Below, piece after piece: positions 30,701-42,680 of a stretch of DNA of 64,000 nt. Below the pieces are notes generated by a model. It saw nothing but the letters and a program-made list of their open reading frames with translations. It was not told where the DNA came from and searched no databases. The DNA is from Paraspadella gotoi (lineage: Eukaryota; Animalia; Chaetognatha), in assembly GCA_051294375.1 (NCBI GenBank), contig CM119271.1, positions 13,888,372 to 13,952,371 of the forward strand, written 5' to 3'. Positions within the stretch are counted from its first letter, which is position 1, and each line of letters opens with the position of its first letter. Made by a program: the position numbers and the translations under genes.

Positions 30701-33700
30701 TCTTAACGTCGATTAGTGCTCTTTTGATATGGATGTGACATAAGTGTAATGTATGAGCTCGGTCAAATGATTTGTTTAAATTTTGAGCAATGAACGATCA
30801 TAGTGATACTTCTTGCTGGGTTGGTGTGACGCGTGGTCTAACTATGAACCTGAGTTTGGGCGGCGATTAACTACTTGCATAATAAATTTACGGTGCTCAT
30901 TCGTTAACCTCATGGAAACACAATTTATTATCCGCTACACTGCAATGTACCAAACGTCACTTATTTCATTTTAACCTGTGGCTTTTTAGTTTTAAAGCGT
31001 CAGAGCACAGATTCCAATCGCCTTAAATTGCCACAGTGTACGGCCTATCCAAACCAGAAGAGTTTTCTTAATTTAATTTTCCGAGATTCTTGTGCCTTTG
31101 ACGGATTTCCAGTTTTTCGAGTTTTTATTTCCGAGTTTTGAAGCTTCCAAGTTCTTTGCAAGGATGTACCTTGATCACGGCGTACGATGCACCAAGCTGT
31201 TAGGACCCGCCGGTCCGTCCTCCTCCTAAAACGCCCCGAGAATATTCGAAGAATATTTGAGGAAACTCCTCAACCCGGCGAGATGCTTCGGTATTCCAGA
31301 GATTCTTCAAAGGCATGATTTGGTGGCTTGAGCAGATCGACGATCAAATAGTCTCTTTATTTCTCTGAGTTTATGAAGAGTTTAAAAAGGGTACCTTAAT
31401 AAATAATCAAAGCATATAGATATTCAAACAGTACAATAAAGAATTATTATTTAAACACAAAAGAATTACAAAAATCAGTATAAACTCAAAAACCAATGAA
31501 TAAACTAAAGCACGAATGACGAAATGATCCAAACGATAAATCCTTGTGACGAAGTAAAGTTCGAACTCAGATATCACGATTCGCGAGTCTTTGGATCTAA
31601 CATTATCGTTCTTTTTTTGCAATTTGCTTCTCGCGCCTGTAATTGTGGGTTCGTTCACAAGATTATTATTGTGATTTCTTGGCGACGGCTGGTGACTATT
31701 AAACTATTAAACTATTAACTATTAACTATTAACTATTAAACTATTAAACTATTAACTATTAAACTATTAACTATTAAACTTATTCACTGACGCATAGGGT
31801 ATTTCGCGATAATGACCGACGTGACTAGAGTAGGATGTTGCCGGGTGACTGGTTACCTGGTAACTGGCTTCACTGGAGATTATAGAGCTGAAACTAATAC
31901 CATTAGTTATATTAATATTAATAATAATATTAATACTATTAATATATCAAGGAATAACGAATCCTTACGGCAAAACCAAGTTCTTCATCGAGCAAATCCT
32001 TGCCGACGTCGCAGCCGCCGACGAAGATTTCTCCGTCATCAATCTCCGCTACTTTAATCCCGTGGGGGCGCACCCTTCGGGGATGGTGGGAGAAGACCCA
32101 CGAGGTTGGTTGTTTGCGGTGGGGCATGTTTTAGGGAAAATGAGGGGCGAATTCTTTTTAATCTTTTTCCCTCTTTTTTCCTTCGGACAGGTCCTCCGAG
32201 CAACCTGATGCCTTTCGTGTCCCAAGTCGCCATCGGTCGTCGCCCTTTGCTCAACGTCTTCGGCGCGGACTACGACACTTCCGACGGAACAGGTGAAGTC
32301 GACGAGGAACGAGTTTGAGTCTTAGGCAATAAACAATTAAACATCCTTCTCTTACTTCTTTCCCCGACCACCCCCTGTTAGATTAGATTAGGACTCACAC
32401 TCGAACACGTACTTTCTATGATAATAAACACGATGCTCACAGAACTGAAAGGGAACAAGTAATGAATGAACAGTGAATATCAATGAATATAAATATGAAT
32501 ATCACATGTCGGAAAGTTCAGTCTTTGGAGATTCCTCTTCACGATTCCGTCTCCATCACCCCCGTCTCCGCCAGGCGTTCGAGATTACATCCACGTGGTC
32601 GATCTTGCTCGAGGTCACCTGTCGGCTGTGAATAAACTGGCCGAGATGGCGGCGGCGGAAAAGGCGGGCGCCGGTGAGGGCAAAGGTTGGTTGTTGTTGC
32701 ATGAGCATTGGAGTGGGACTTGGGTTATGAATACTTCTCTATATTGTTGCATCTTCAGATTTATTACAATAGCTAAATAACTAAATAGAAATAGAATTTA
32801 TCTTTTTAAATATAATTATTGTTTATTTAATACTATATTCAACACTTAATACATTGAGCAAGGACTTCAGATATATAGGACTCTAACATGAGAGTACTTC
32901 CCTTGATTTTTTTTGTTCGTAGTGGTTAATTACATTATTTATTGTATTATTAACTTAACATTAATAATATTACACAAGATACATAATGGTTATTATATTA
33001 TAAGTGGTAAGCTAAGAAAAGGGCTTAGTGGTTCAGACCGACCCTGAATTTTTTTTTTTAATACCAAAATCATAAACAATAACAGTGTAAAAGACTGGAA
33101 AACAAGTAAAAACTAAACTACATATTGAAATTCAATAAAAACAAAAGACACTAACGTTTAAAATCATTAATAAATGTTATGAACTAATTCATAAGAAACT
33201 ATAAAAATAACGTTCAAGAACGTTCAAGGATCAAATGTAAAAATCATAAAACCGGAAAAAGTAAAAAACGAAAAATGTCAAGTATAAAAAGGAAGCGACA
33301 TTAATAAAGTGTTTAATAAGTAAACTGTCATGGTTTCATTTTTCATAAAACGTCATTATAAGTATTTAATGCTTAGTGTATAACATATACCCAAAAATAT
33401 ATAATTATAATGTGTTAAAGTAAAGGGCAGAGGGACCACAATGCTATTAATAGAAATAAAAAACTACAATCAATATGTATATATATATTATATATATATA
33501 TACTATATAAGCACGCAAATCAACAGAAAGAGACACTAATAAAAACAAAGAGACGCTAAAAACGAAATGAGACGCTAACAAATACTCGAAAACCTATATC
33601 ACGTAAGTGTAAGAGTATATCACGTATATAAAAACTAAGAGACGCTAATAATAATAAAGACAATAAAAAACAAAGAGACGCTAATAAAAATAATGATAAT

Positions 33701-35547
33701 AATAATAAAAACAAAGACGCGAATAAACAAAGAGACGCTAATAAAAATACCACAAAAAAATATAAATGTGTTCCCTCAACACCCAATACGATATACCCTC
33801 ATTAATTAAATAAGTTCCAAAAGCCATGAATAAAATGTTATGAACTAATTCATAAGAAACTATAAAATATAACGTTCAAGAACGTTCAAAAATCAAATTT
33901 TTAAACCAAAAAATATAAAAAGTAAAAAATAAAAATACAGTAAGCAAGTTAAAACTAAACTATTAAAAATCAGCAAAAACAAAAGACACTAACGTTTAAA
34001 TGAGCTCATGAATAAAATGTTATGAACTAATTCATATTTAAATCATAAAACCAAAAAAAGTAAAAAGCGAAAAATGTCAAGTATAAAAAGGAAGCACCAT
34101 TAATAAAGTGTTTAATGCGTAAACAGTCAAGGTTTTATTTTCATAAAACTTCATTATAAGTATTTTATTTTCATGAAACTTCATTATAAGTATTTAATGT
34201 TTAGTGTATAACATATACCCAAAGATGTATAATTATAATGTTTTAAAGTAAAGGGTAGAAGGACCACATTGCTATTAATAGAAATAAAAAACTACAATCA
34301 ATATATATATATACATATACACATATACACATATATATATACATACATATATACAAGCACGCAAATCAACAGAAAGAGACACTAATAAAAACAAAAGACG
34401 CTAATAAAAACAAAGAGACGCTAAAAAAGAAATGAGACGCTAAAAAATACACAAAAAACTATATCACATAAGTATAAGAGTACATCACATATATAAAACA
34501 AAGAGTAAATCACGTATATAAAAACAAAGAGACGCTAATAAAAATAATGATAATAATAATAAAAACAAAAACTCTAATAAACAAATAAAATGATAAGGAT
34601 AATAATAAAAAAAAATAATGATAATAATAATAAAAACAAAGACGCTAATAAACAAAGAGACGCTAATAAAAATACCACATAAAAAATATAAATATATAGA
34701 GATCCAAGCTGACCATTGATTTCACCTTAGAATAATAAAGTATTTATGAGTTATGAAAAGGTCAGCCAGGATAGAGATAAACTCTCAATCATTAATGACA
34801 TAATTATTCTATCAAAATTATCACAAAATTATCTATGAATCAATTATAAACTACTAAACAACATAGAAAAGCATTGTAAAATCCAAAATATGACTAATAA
34901 TATACTGTACAAAAATCAACTGGAATTAAAATTATTTACTACTATATGCAAATGAGATTTATGCAAGTTGTTCTAAGAATCTATCTCTTTCAGTAATTAT
35001 TGTTGTAGTTTTAATTTTGTCCTTGTTGGCGAAATCAAGAGTTGTGGCTTTGAAATGCGGATTGACGTGGATTTTAAGATCTTCATTACTTAAAGAATAA
35101 AGAGTCTCAAAATTTGTAAAAAAAAATTTTCTTCCCTTAACTCTCGAATGCTTAAAGCCTCTCGATGTCTGACGTTGAATCTGGGAACGGGAAAGGGCTA
35201 CTCTGTGTTGGAGATGATTAAGGGCATGGAGGCCGCCTCGGGCAAGAACATTCCCTACAAGATCTGCCCGCGTCGTCTCGGCGACGTCGCTGTCTGTTAC
35301 GGCGACGTCCGGTAAAAAAATTATTATGTATACTATACTATACTATACATTGTATAGTTTGGAAATAATTAATTGGGTCTTTTAATCAATTGGAGTTTAT
35401 GGTCAATGCAGGCTGGCAGAGTCGACCCTCGGATGGAAAGCGGAGAAAACTCTGGCTGAAATGTGCGCAGATCTGTGGAATTGGCAGACGAAGAATCCCC
35501 ACGGATACGCAGAGGAAGCCGCCGTAAACGGGGATGTATCGCAATAA
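27706..35547 (+). CDS. GALE: UDP-glucose 4-epimerase, ~9 exons, two introns enlarged by insertions
   Basis: [129 protein letters not shown]; stop 35545-35547. Confidence 0.96.
28445..28852 (-). repeat. 3' LTR (408 bp)
   Basis: Matches 31198-31602 apart from three 1-bp homopolymer indels seen by eye; preceded on the minus strand by the purine tract ggggtgggggaggag (28854-28868). Confidence 0.95.
28888..29012. repeat. 21-bp tandem repeat (atcgatggaaacgtctttgga), ~6 units, inside the LTR element next to the PPT
   Basis: Directly visible. Confidence 0.9.
30046..30400 (-). pseudogene. Truncated gag-like remnant
   Basis: [37 protein letters not shown] resembles the LxxxLxGxAxxxYxxL...DYxxLKxxLxxxF pattern of gypsy gag capsid regions; same strand as PBS/PPT. 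Confidence 0.55.
31185..31194 (-). promoter_or_regulatory. Primer binding site TGGTGCATCG, compatible with the 3' end of tRNA-Gly(GCC)
   Basis: Begins 3 nt after the 5' LTR on the minus strand; complementary to ...CGAUGCACCA. Confidence 0.7.
31198..31602 (-). repeat. 5' LTR (405 bp)
   Basis: See paired LTR at 28445-28852. Confidence 0.95.
31696..31780. repeat. 7/8-bp tandem repeat (actatta/actattaa)
   Basis: About 11 units. Confidence 0.9.
33100..34700. repeat. A-rich tandem duplication (~840-bp period) with ~20-bp sub-repeats (aaaaacaaagagacgctaat) in a GALE intron
   Basis: aaaaacaaaagacactaacgtttaaa at ~33138 and ~33976; long blocks 33240-33770 and 34040-34690 align. Confidence 0.85.
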
Positions 35548-36747
35548 GAACCAGAAAAATTAAAAAAAAAACAACCAAAAAATGGGGAGGAAACGAATAT
35601 TGGGTTTCTTACTAGTAGACTTATTTGTCTAAATGGCATAGTCGTATATCCTTTTATTCAATTTATAGTTTGGATGAAGTTTTTGAGTTCTGTAGTACTC
35701 ATTACTCAATTCGGTGCGCTTGTAAGTGGCTTATTCGGTGTTCTTAATCGTTGCACGTCGAACGAATGCATTCCAGTCTTATTGCCTAATAGCGCGGAGT
35801 ATAAATACAAGAAATAATAAAAGACATCTTGTGCCCTCCTAATTTTTTGAAACATATGTAAAACTATTCCCTAAGATCAAAAAATTAAAAATTCGCTTGG
35901 CCAATTTTCCCGTTCTATCGATTTTATAATGCGATTAGATGCAAAAAAATTGGAAAAATAGCAAATTTAAAAATAAAATAAAAATGGTTAGTATTATTAA
36001 TTTATATAAAATATAGCTAAATCCTAGTATTTAAAACTCTTTTCAACTATATAGATATAAAAAACTTGTATTAAATAATGTTTAAATATTATTAAAAAAT
36101 TGTATTTTTTGGGGAAAAATATAAAAGAATTCAAATAATAGGAAAAATGAATAATCAAATAGTTTTAATCAAATATATATGAAATAAGAAAATATATAAC
36201 TGTTTTCATTTGTAAAAAGTTATTTTATCTATTAATATATAAAGTTTTTTTATTTTTTTGAACCACAAAAAATAAAGTAAAATAATAAACTAAGGCGATT
36301 AGGAAACTAATAAATTTATGGATCTGGGTATTTATTCAAATGGTGTTTAATACTTTCATAATATAAACAAAAAGAAAAATAAATTATTAAAAAAATCCTC
36401 TCAGGCAAGAGAGGTTATGTTTATGATATAAAAGGCATCAGGCATTTCACCTCACACTATTGTTGCCTTTAAGTCAAGTCTGATATTCTTTTTTTCTTCC
36501 ATTTTATTGAGTTTGAGATAAGAACAGCGTCAGAGAGGTTTATTTTTAATATTTACTAAATTTATTATTTGTAAATGTTAATGTCTCTCTCTCTCTCTCT
36601 CTTACCAATTGACCATTTCCCTTCTTTTCAAAACTAAATTCAATCTGTCCTTACCCTTGGCCTATTCTCACCACTGATTACTGTCCTTTCTAAACTCTGT
36701 GTTGGAAACTTTGCTCTCTCTATCTCTCTCTCTCTCTCTCACTTGTT

Positions 36748-37085
36748 ATTCGATCATAAAAGTTTCTCTGGAAAAGATCGGCTGTATGGAACCGTAGTTT
36801 TTACTTTATAAAATGTCTATTATTTTCTATGCCACGAGGGTCGCGCGTTCGTTTCGTCGGCTGTAGGTTAAACTGGCTTTAACATGGAGCAAGGTTTTCT
36901 AAATCTCGAATGACGTAAATGTCGAATAAATGACGAATAAATCGTGAATAAGTTTATTTATTGTAGAGGTAAATAAATGGCGAATTTAAAGTAGTACAAT
37001 AAGTTCATGTAGAAAATCCTTGGATTCCGTAAAAACTACGGTTTCATACAGCCGATCTTTTCCAGAGAAACGATTATGATCGAAT
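36748..37085. mobile_element. MITE (338 bp) with ~57-bp terminal inverted repeats
   Basis: attcgatcataa..gtttctctggaaaagatcggctgtatggaaccgtagtttttac / gtaaaaactacggtttcatacagccgatcttttccagagaaac..ttatgatcgaat. Confidence 0.85.
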
Positions 37086-37246
37086 TCGGCTAAAAGAAGG
37101 CGACGAGAAAGGGACTAGAACGGTGAAAAGACTGGTCTGAAAAGGTCAACTAAATGACCAGGGAAAAATGACCAGACGCGAGGTCACAAAATCTTTCACT
37201 CTCTCTCCCCTTCTTTAAATGAAACATTTGTGAATAATTCACAAGA

Positions 37247-37300
37247 CATTTTGGCGCTGAAGAGGGCTCGAATTTGAGCCGAAACATGTACGTCTATAAT
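37247..37300 (+). ncRNA. Minimal type I hammerhead ribozyme motif (intact core, GUA cleavage triplet)
   Basis: ggcg CTGAAGA g ggctc gaattt gagcc GAAA catg TA cgtc; stem I ggcg/cgtc; stem II has a compensatory change relative to the 18 kb copies; AATAAA follows. Confidence 0.8.
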
Positions 37301-38600
37301 TAAATAAATTGTTGTTGCAAAAGTATTCACACTATTCCTTTTAATCTATTTATTGTAAGAAATTAACATCCTTGTTATACAGACTAAAATGAGTCAATAA
37401 AATGTTAAACAAAATTGATAGAGGTTTATGAAAATAGTGATAAAATTAATTTTGCTGAACAAATTGTAATAGTAATTATTATTATTATTATTATGGTTAT
37501 TATTAATTGTACTAATATTTAACAGAGTAGTTCTTATTTAAAACGATTTTACCCATCTTTCATGAGAATTTTTGTCATTTTGATAAAAAAAAAAGACAGA
37601 TCGGCCAGAGCAATCTACGGAAGGGAGGGAGAGTGGTAATGGGTAAGGCCTATGGTAAGTCAAGCTGGTAAAGCTTATTATAAGCTGTATAAAGTTTAAT
37701 GTAGCTACTAAAAGCTTTTATAAGCTTTAAAAAGGATATTGACTGCGTTATGTGGCTTGGTACTTAATTTCCATTTTGCTTAATTTTTAACAATTTTTTA
37801 TGAAAATACTTATCTTTTAGAATCACTCAATATTTATATAAACATACTTTTGTGTATTTTTTATAGATAAAAATGGGTTTAAATTCTTTGTTTTAACTAT
37901 ATTTTACTTTAAAAAGTGAACTTAACCAGCTTTCTCTGATATAAAATTTTGTTATTTTTTTACAATTTTTTGCATCAAATTGCTTTATAAAATCGATAGA
38001 ACGGGAAAATTGAGCGAACGAATTTTCATTTTTTTTATCTTGGGGCATAGTATTATATCAAATACAAAAAATTAAGGGGACACAAGAGGTCATATATCAT
38101 ATATTGTATTTATGCTCCGCGCCTAAGAACCAAACTCAAGGTAGTTGTTGGAAGACAAATATTTTTGTTTAGTCGAAAGTCAAAACCGATAGTAATAAAT
38201 TTCATGCGGGTGCTAATTGACAATAATCTAGATCTAGATCTTCACTTATGTTGGAACTGAAATTTATATGTTTTACTGTTTCCGTTTACCAGCTAATTAA
38301 TAAACCATTTAACCGAGTACGTATTTAGCACAAATTATTTTTTTACCGCTTTTATATTTTTATTTTTGAACCCAACGTATTAATAATATTAATAATCTAG
38401 TTTTTATGTTATTTATCTTTTTAGTGCGCTATAAAAATGCGGGAAAGAGTGAGCGAAATATTTACTATGATGACATTCCGAATATGATATGACGTGAATC
38501 AAGAACCCATATGCGCCCATCCAAACCCACCATAAGCTAATCTTTCACAGTATCCTCCCCCTGTACTGCATTCCGTCCACGAGATCCCAGATTCTTCCAA

Positions 38601-41084
38601 ATGTCGGAAGCGTCTTCCTTTCCGACGGCGGCGTCTGCGGTTCTCTGCTGCTTCGTCGCCTACGTCTCCGCATCTTTACTTTTCCTTCGCTTCCCCCTTT
38701 GGCTGCATCGGAAGAAGCAGATTCGTATCGCTGTAAGGAGCCAAGAATGTTGTTGTTGTTTATGGCGTTGTTGTTTTTGTAAGGCCCAGAGTCGTGAGAC
38801 TGGCGCTCAAAAAATCTGGAAGCCAATTACTCTTCGTGAGTGAATGACAGAACAAAATTACCTTGTTTTAATGGTGGAAAAAAAAAATCAGAAATTATAG
38901 TTTTGGCCAGTTGTCATTTTATTATTTCCCTGGCTTGATTTCACAACCATCAACCAATCAAGCTTTCCATCCCAAAATAAACCAATTTCATCCCAAAATT
39001 TATTGATTCATTCAGGCGAAGCACATCAGCCATCGCGGAGGAGCTGGGGAAAGAGTGGAGAACACCTTGGCCGCCTTCCGACATTGTAGAGAAGTCGGCA
39101 CGGAGATGTTCGAGCTGGATTGTCGAGTCACTCGAGACGGACAGGTTGTCTGAGTTATGATGAGATAAAGCTCTGTAAGCTCAGTTAGTTAGTAAATTTG
39201 CTACTCCTCAGGCTGCAGGATCTGCTTTCTCTACGAACATATCAAAGTGATTTCGTATTAATTTTTTTTTCTCAATGGGGCCTCAAGAAACTGCAGCGGT
39301 TAACTTGCAGTGTACCCAAACGAAATTGAGGAATGACTAAAGATTATTTTTGAAGGGATAGATTAGAACTAGAAAACGTTAATGTGAAATTATTTTGGCG
39401 AAGATGAACAAATTCAATTTTTTTATATTTTCCCGTACGTCCACAACTACAGTATGTAAATTGAATGGAGTGATTTTTTGGAGGAAGCGAATAATCGGGA
39501 TTAAGAATTGCTTCGAATCCTCAGGTGGTTGTGGCCCACGACGACGACCTTTACCGCATCTCGGGCGTCGAGGGCAAAATCTCCGAAACGGATTTCGATC
39601 GACTCCCGCGAATTCGTGAGACTCAGCTCCTCACCTTCGATTCCGCATTCACACTCTCGCGTCCCGGAGGTTGATTGATTGATTTTTAGTACTCGCGGAG
39701 CAACTCTATAAGTCACTTGTCGGTCGGTATGTTCGTCCGTCTGTCTGTCCCACTTACGTTAAAAATGCATATTATTCGCCTATAGTTGCTCATTTGTTAA
39801 GATAGGAAAAAACTTCAAATCTTAGGGACTGCTAGCGCCGCCTTTCAGGAAATCCTAAAACTATAAGGAATAAAAGACGAAATTTCAATGCAGTGCATGT
39901 CATAATACAAGGGCTATGAAAGTTTTTTCGTCATGTCATGTCATATGTGATCAAAGGGAAATATACGTGAATCACCGTTCTTGTTTTACTTAAGCTTTTT
40001 TACTTAAGCTCAAAATGTGAAAATTGACTCGATAGCAATCCGAGTTGTTAATAATTTGTACATTTATAGATTTAAACAGTCCTAATCGCGAGACATTCGT
40101 TTGGGTGAGTTTCTTTAAAAACTGATCAATGAGATCGTTTCTAATGTTTTCGTAATCTCTTTGGCAGACGACGACGATGAAACCTCCTTTCTTTTGTTGA
40201 GTCGCCTCTTCAGAGAATTCCCATCCTTTCCCATGAACATCGATCCCAAAGACGCGGCCAACGTCGCGCCCGTCCTCGACATCGTCAGGCAGTTCGAAAA
40301 GGTTCGACCATAGATTGAGGGTGAGATCAAATGGGGTCCACTATCTCCACACCTACCCTTTATCCCCACACTTTCCAGGAAGACACGGTGGTGTGGGGCA
40401 GCTTCGCCGAGAGCGTCAACTCCGCCTGTTTCTCTTTGGCGCCGGAAATTCCCGTCCTCTTCGGGTTCAAACGTCTTTTAACGATCCTCTTCCTCTTCTA
40501 CGTCGGCCTTTTGCCATTTTTCCCCGTGAAGGAATCTTATTTGGAGATTCCGATGATCAGGACTCTCTTGCACCGCGTCGACGTTCCCGACGGGTTTACA
40601 GATATAATTTATTTATAACTTTGCAAGATGTTAACAATGTCCAGTGTCCAATCACCGTTTGTGTTTTCTTAATTCAAGGCTGAGGCGCCGGTCTTTCTTG
40701 ATCCGTATCTTCGATTGGCTTTTGTCGAGTCCTTGCCTTTTTAAGCATCTTCAGAGAAGAGGCCTCCAAGTAGGTTTTGTTGTAAGAGATTCATTTCTTG
40801 GGTCTAGAATTAATTAATGTTGTTAAATGTCCCAAAATCTTTAATCATTTTAATAAATTTCTATTCTAATGACAATAGTGAATTTACATTACTTTTATAA
40901 TACTTCCGTGAAGCATCATATGAATCCGCCTTAACCCGGTTTGTTATCGTTTCCAAAGGTCTACGCTTGGGTGTTGAACTACGAGGAAGACTTCGACGAA
41001 GCGTTTCGGTTAGGATTCAACGGAGTCATGACCGACTTCCCCACAAAGTTGAGGTTTTATTTGGAGAGAAATCGTGACAAGTGA
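38601..41084 (+). CDS. GDPD1: Glycerophosphodiester phosphodiesterase / lysophospholipase D, GDPD1/GDPD3-like, ~7-8 exons
   Basis: N-terminal TM, LRFPLWLHRKK, HISHRGGAGERVENTLAAF, EMFELDCRVTRDGQVVVAHD, FPSFPMNID, TVVWGSF, FYVGLLPFFPVKE, LFKHLQRRGLQVYAWVLN, GVMTDFPTKL; stop 41082-41084. Confidence 0.9.
39683..40060 (+). mobile_element. Possible Helentron-associated (HINE/DINE-1-like) non-autonomous element in a GDPD intron
   Basis: T-run start, agcaactc near the left end with inverted gagttgtt near the right end, GTCG/GTCC/GTCT microsatellite, 3' hairpin actcg..cgagt. Only one copy in the window. Confidence 0.45.
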
Positions 41085-41536
41085 TTTTCACGGATAATTA
41101 GCTGTGCAATCGCGGATCTCTTTGGCTCGAAACTTCGTTTAATTATATCGAGTTCATTTGTCAAATCTCGCTGCTCTTGATGGCCATCTTTGTCAAAATC
41201 GTGGTGTTGGGGTTTTGCTTTAGTTAATTATTGAATCAATTGTCCAAATTGTAGTAGTTTAAAGAATTGTTAACAATATCTTACAATCTTGTTGCGATAA
41301 ACGTTTTTGTTATCGCACTACGCCGAAGTCTACGGAGCTTTTTATGTTGCTTTTTGTTTCGCTAATCATGCAAAACATTTTTTTTGCACTTGTCTTTTGG
41401 TAATGTTTATTTGCTTACTGGTATACAAGGTTTATTCGTCGCCGGATCAATAATTTATTTTTTTAAAGGTTTATTCCGACTAATTAAAGGGAAGAATTAA
41501 GCGATGATGTATCGTGAAAACTGAAATCCGCAAACT

Positions 41537-42513
41537 ATGTCTTCAATCCTCGTCAATGATCTTAAAGAAAAAACGGAATCCAAGGACATTTCTGACCTCG
41601 CGACACAATTGGCTGAGTTGCGGGATTCACGCTTCTTCGGTCTTTTGCCCCGCCGCGTTGAAGTCGACGTCGAAGAGTTCGTCGACGCCGCGTCTTCGCA
41701 TTTATCGTCGCCGGAAAAACGGGAGCGGGTGGAGCGCCTTCTGCCGGCCGCCTTTAATTCCAGGGGTCTATTGAGGTGGGAGAGAGATCGAGCCTTCAGT
41801 ATAAGTTTGGTACAAATTATCCATTCGAGCTGTGTTTTGTTAAGACCTTTTAATCAAGATATCCAGCGCACCTGGCTTTCCTCACAATGATCTCATCAAA
41901 CGTAGACATTTTTAAACCATTAACAACTTGAGTGGCTTCGTTCAAAATTGTGACACGAATTAGGATTTCAGAGAAATTAGCTCCTCTGTAGATACCTCCG
42001 CGTGGAATTTGACGAAGCCGTTGAAGATTTCTCTTCGGCGATCGAGTTGAATCCCGTCGAAGCCGACTACTACTACAACCGCGCTCTCGTGCGTTACAGG
42101 CTCCAGGTTGGCCGAGGCTTTGAGTTTATGTCCAACAGTTTGGGGTTTTTCCCTTTTCTTTTTTTTTTTTTGAGAGACAATTTTATTTTTTCCACCACTC
42201 ATTTTTCATTCTTCTTTACTTTCCCGCCCCTCATCTTTACCCGTTTCTTCTTCACCAATTTATTTCTTCACTCTTTGCTCTCTATTTGCTCCATTTTTTA
42301 CGGAAAATTCACACAACATTCACATCGAGCTCGTTCTCATCCCCCCAGGACTTCTGTTCCGCGCGATGCGACGCGACGAAAGCCTTGCAGTTGAATCCAC
42401 GACACGATTCGGCCAGGCTCTGCCTCAGATCGATCGAGGAGTTTGTCCGCGAGGCGGCGACACCGAAGAGAAGCGAGGGTCCCCTATTGATCCAAGAAAA
42501 TCCGACGTCATAA
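41537..42513 (+). CDS. TTC32: Small TPR protein, TTC32-like (3 exons)
   Basis: AFNSRGLLR-YLRVEFDEAVEDFSSAIELNP..YYYNRALVRYRL..ATKALQLNP matches the TTC32 pattern (YNNRG..KY.RV.F.EA..D...AI...P....YYNRG...YRL). Confidence 0.75.
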
Positions 42514-42680
42514 TTGTTGATCTCGATATTTATTCTTGGAGAGGGAGGCGTCTCAATTTATTTTTATAATTGTTTCGACTCATATTGTTTTATCCGATTT
42601 ATTTCATTTTAGATTAAAACCAGATATTTTTCTCTTTTTTATTTTTTTTTTTATTTTTGACTCGTTTTCCGTCAAGATTT

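Larger units (their letters stand above)
28445..31602 (-). mobile_element. Non-autonomous LTR retroelement (3158 bp, Ty3/gypsy-like hallmarks), antisense in a GALE intron
   Basis: Direct repeats 28445-28852 and 31198-31602 with TGTTAG...CTAACA ends; TTAT TSD at 28441-28444 and 31603-31606; PBS and PPT on the minus strand; no pol ORF. Confidence 0.93.
35790..38125. mobile_element. Old non-autonomous DNA-transposon-like element (~2.3 kb) with ~170-bp imperfect TIRs, hosting nested insertions
   Basis: Left gcgcggagtataaataca...caattttcccgttctatcgattttataa..gatgcaaaaaa; right ttttttgcatc..ttataaaatcgatagaacgggaaaattg...tgtatttatgctccgcgc. No transposase ORF and no clear TSD. Confidence 0.75.
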
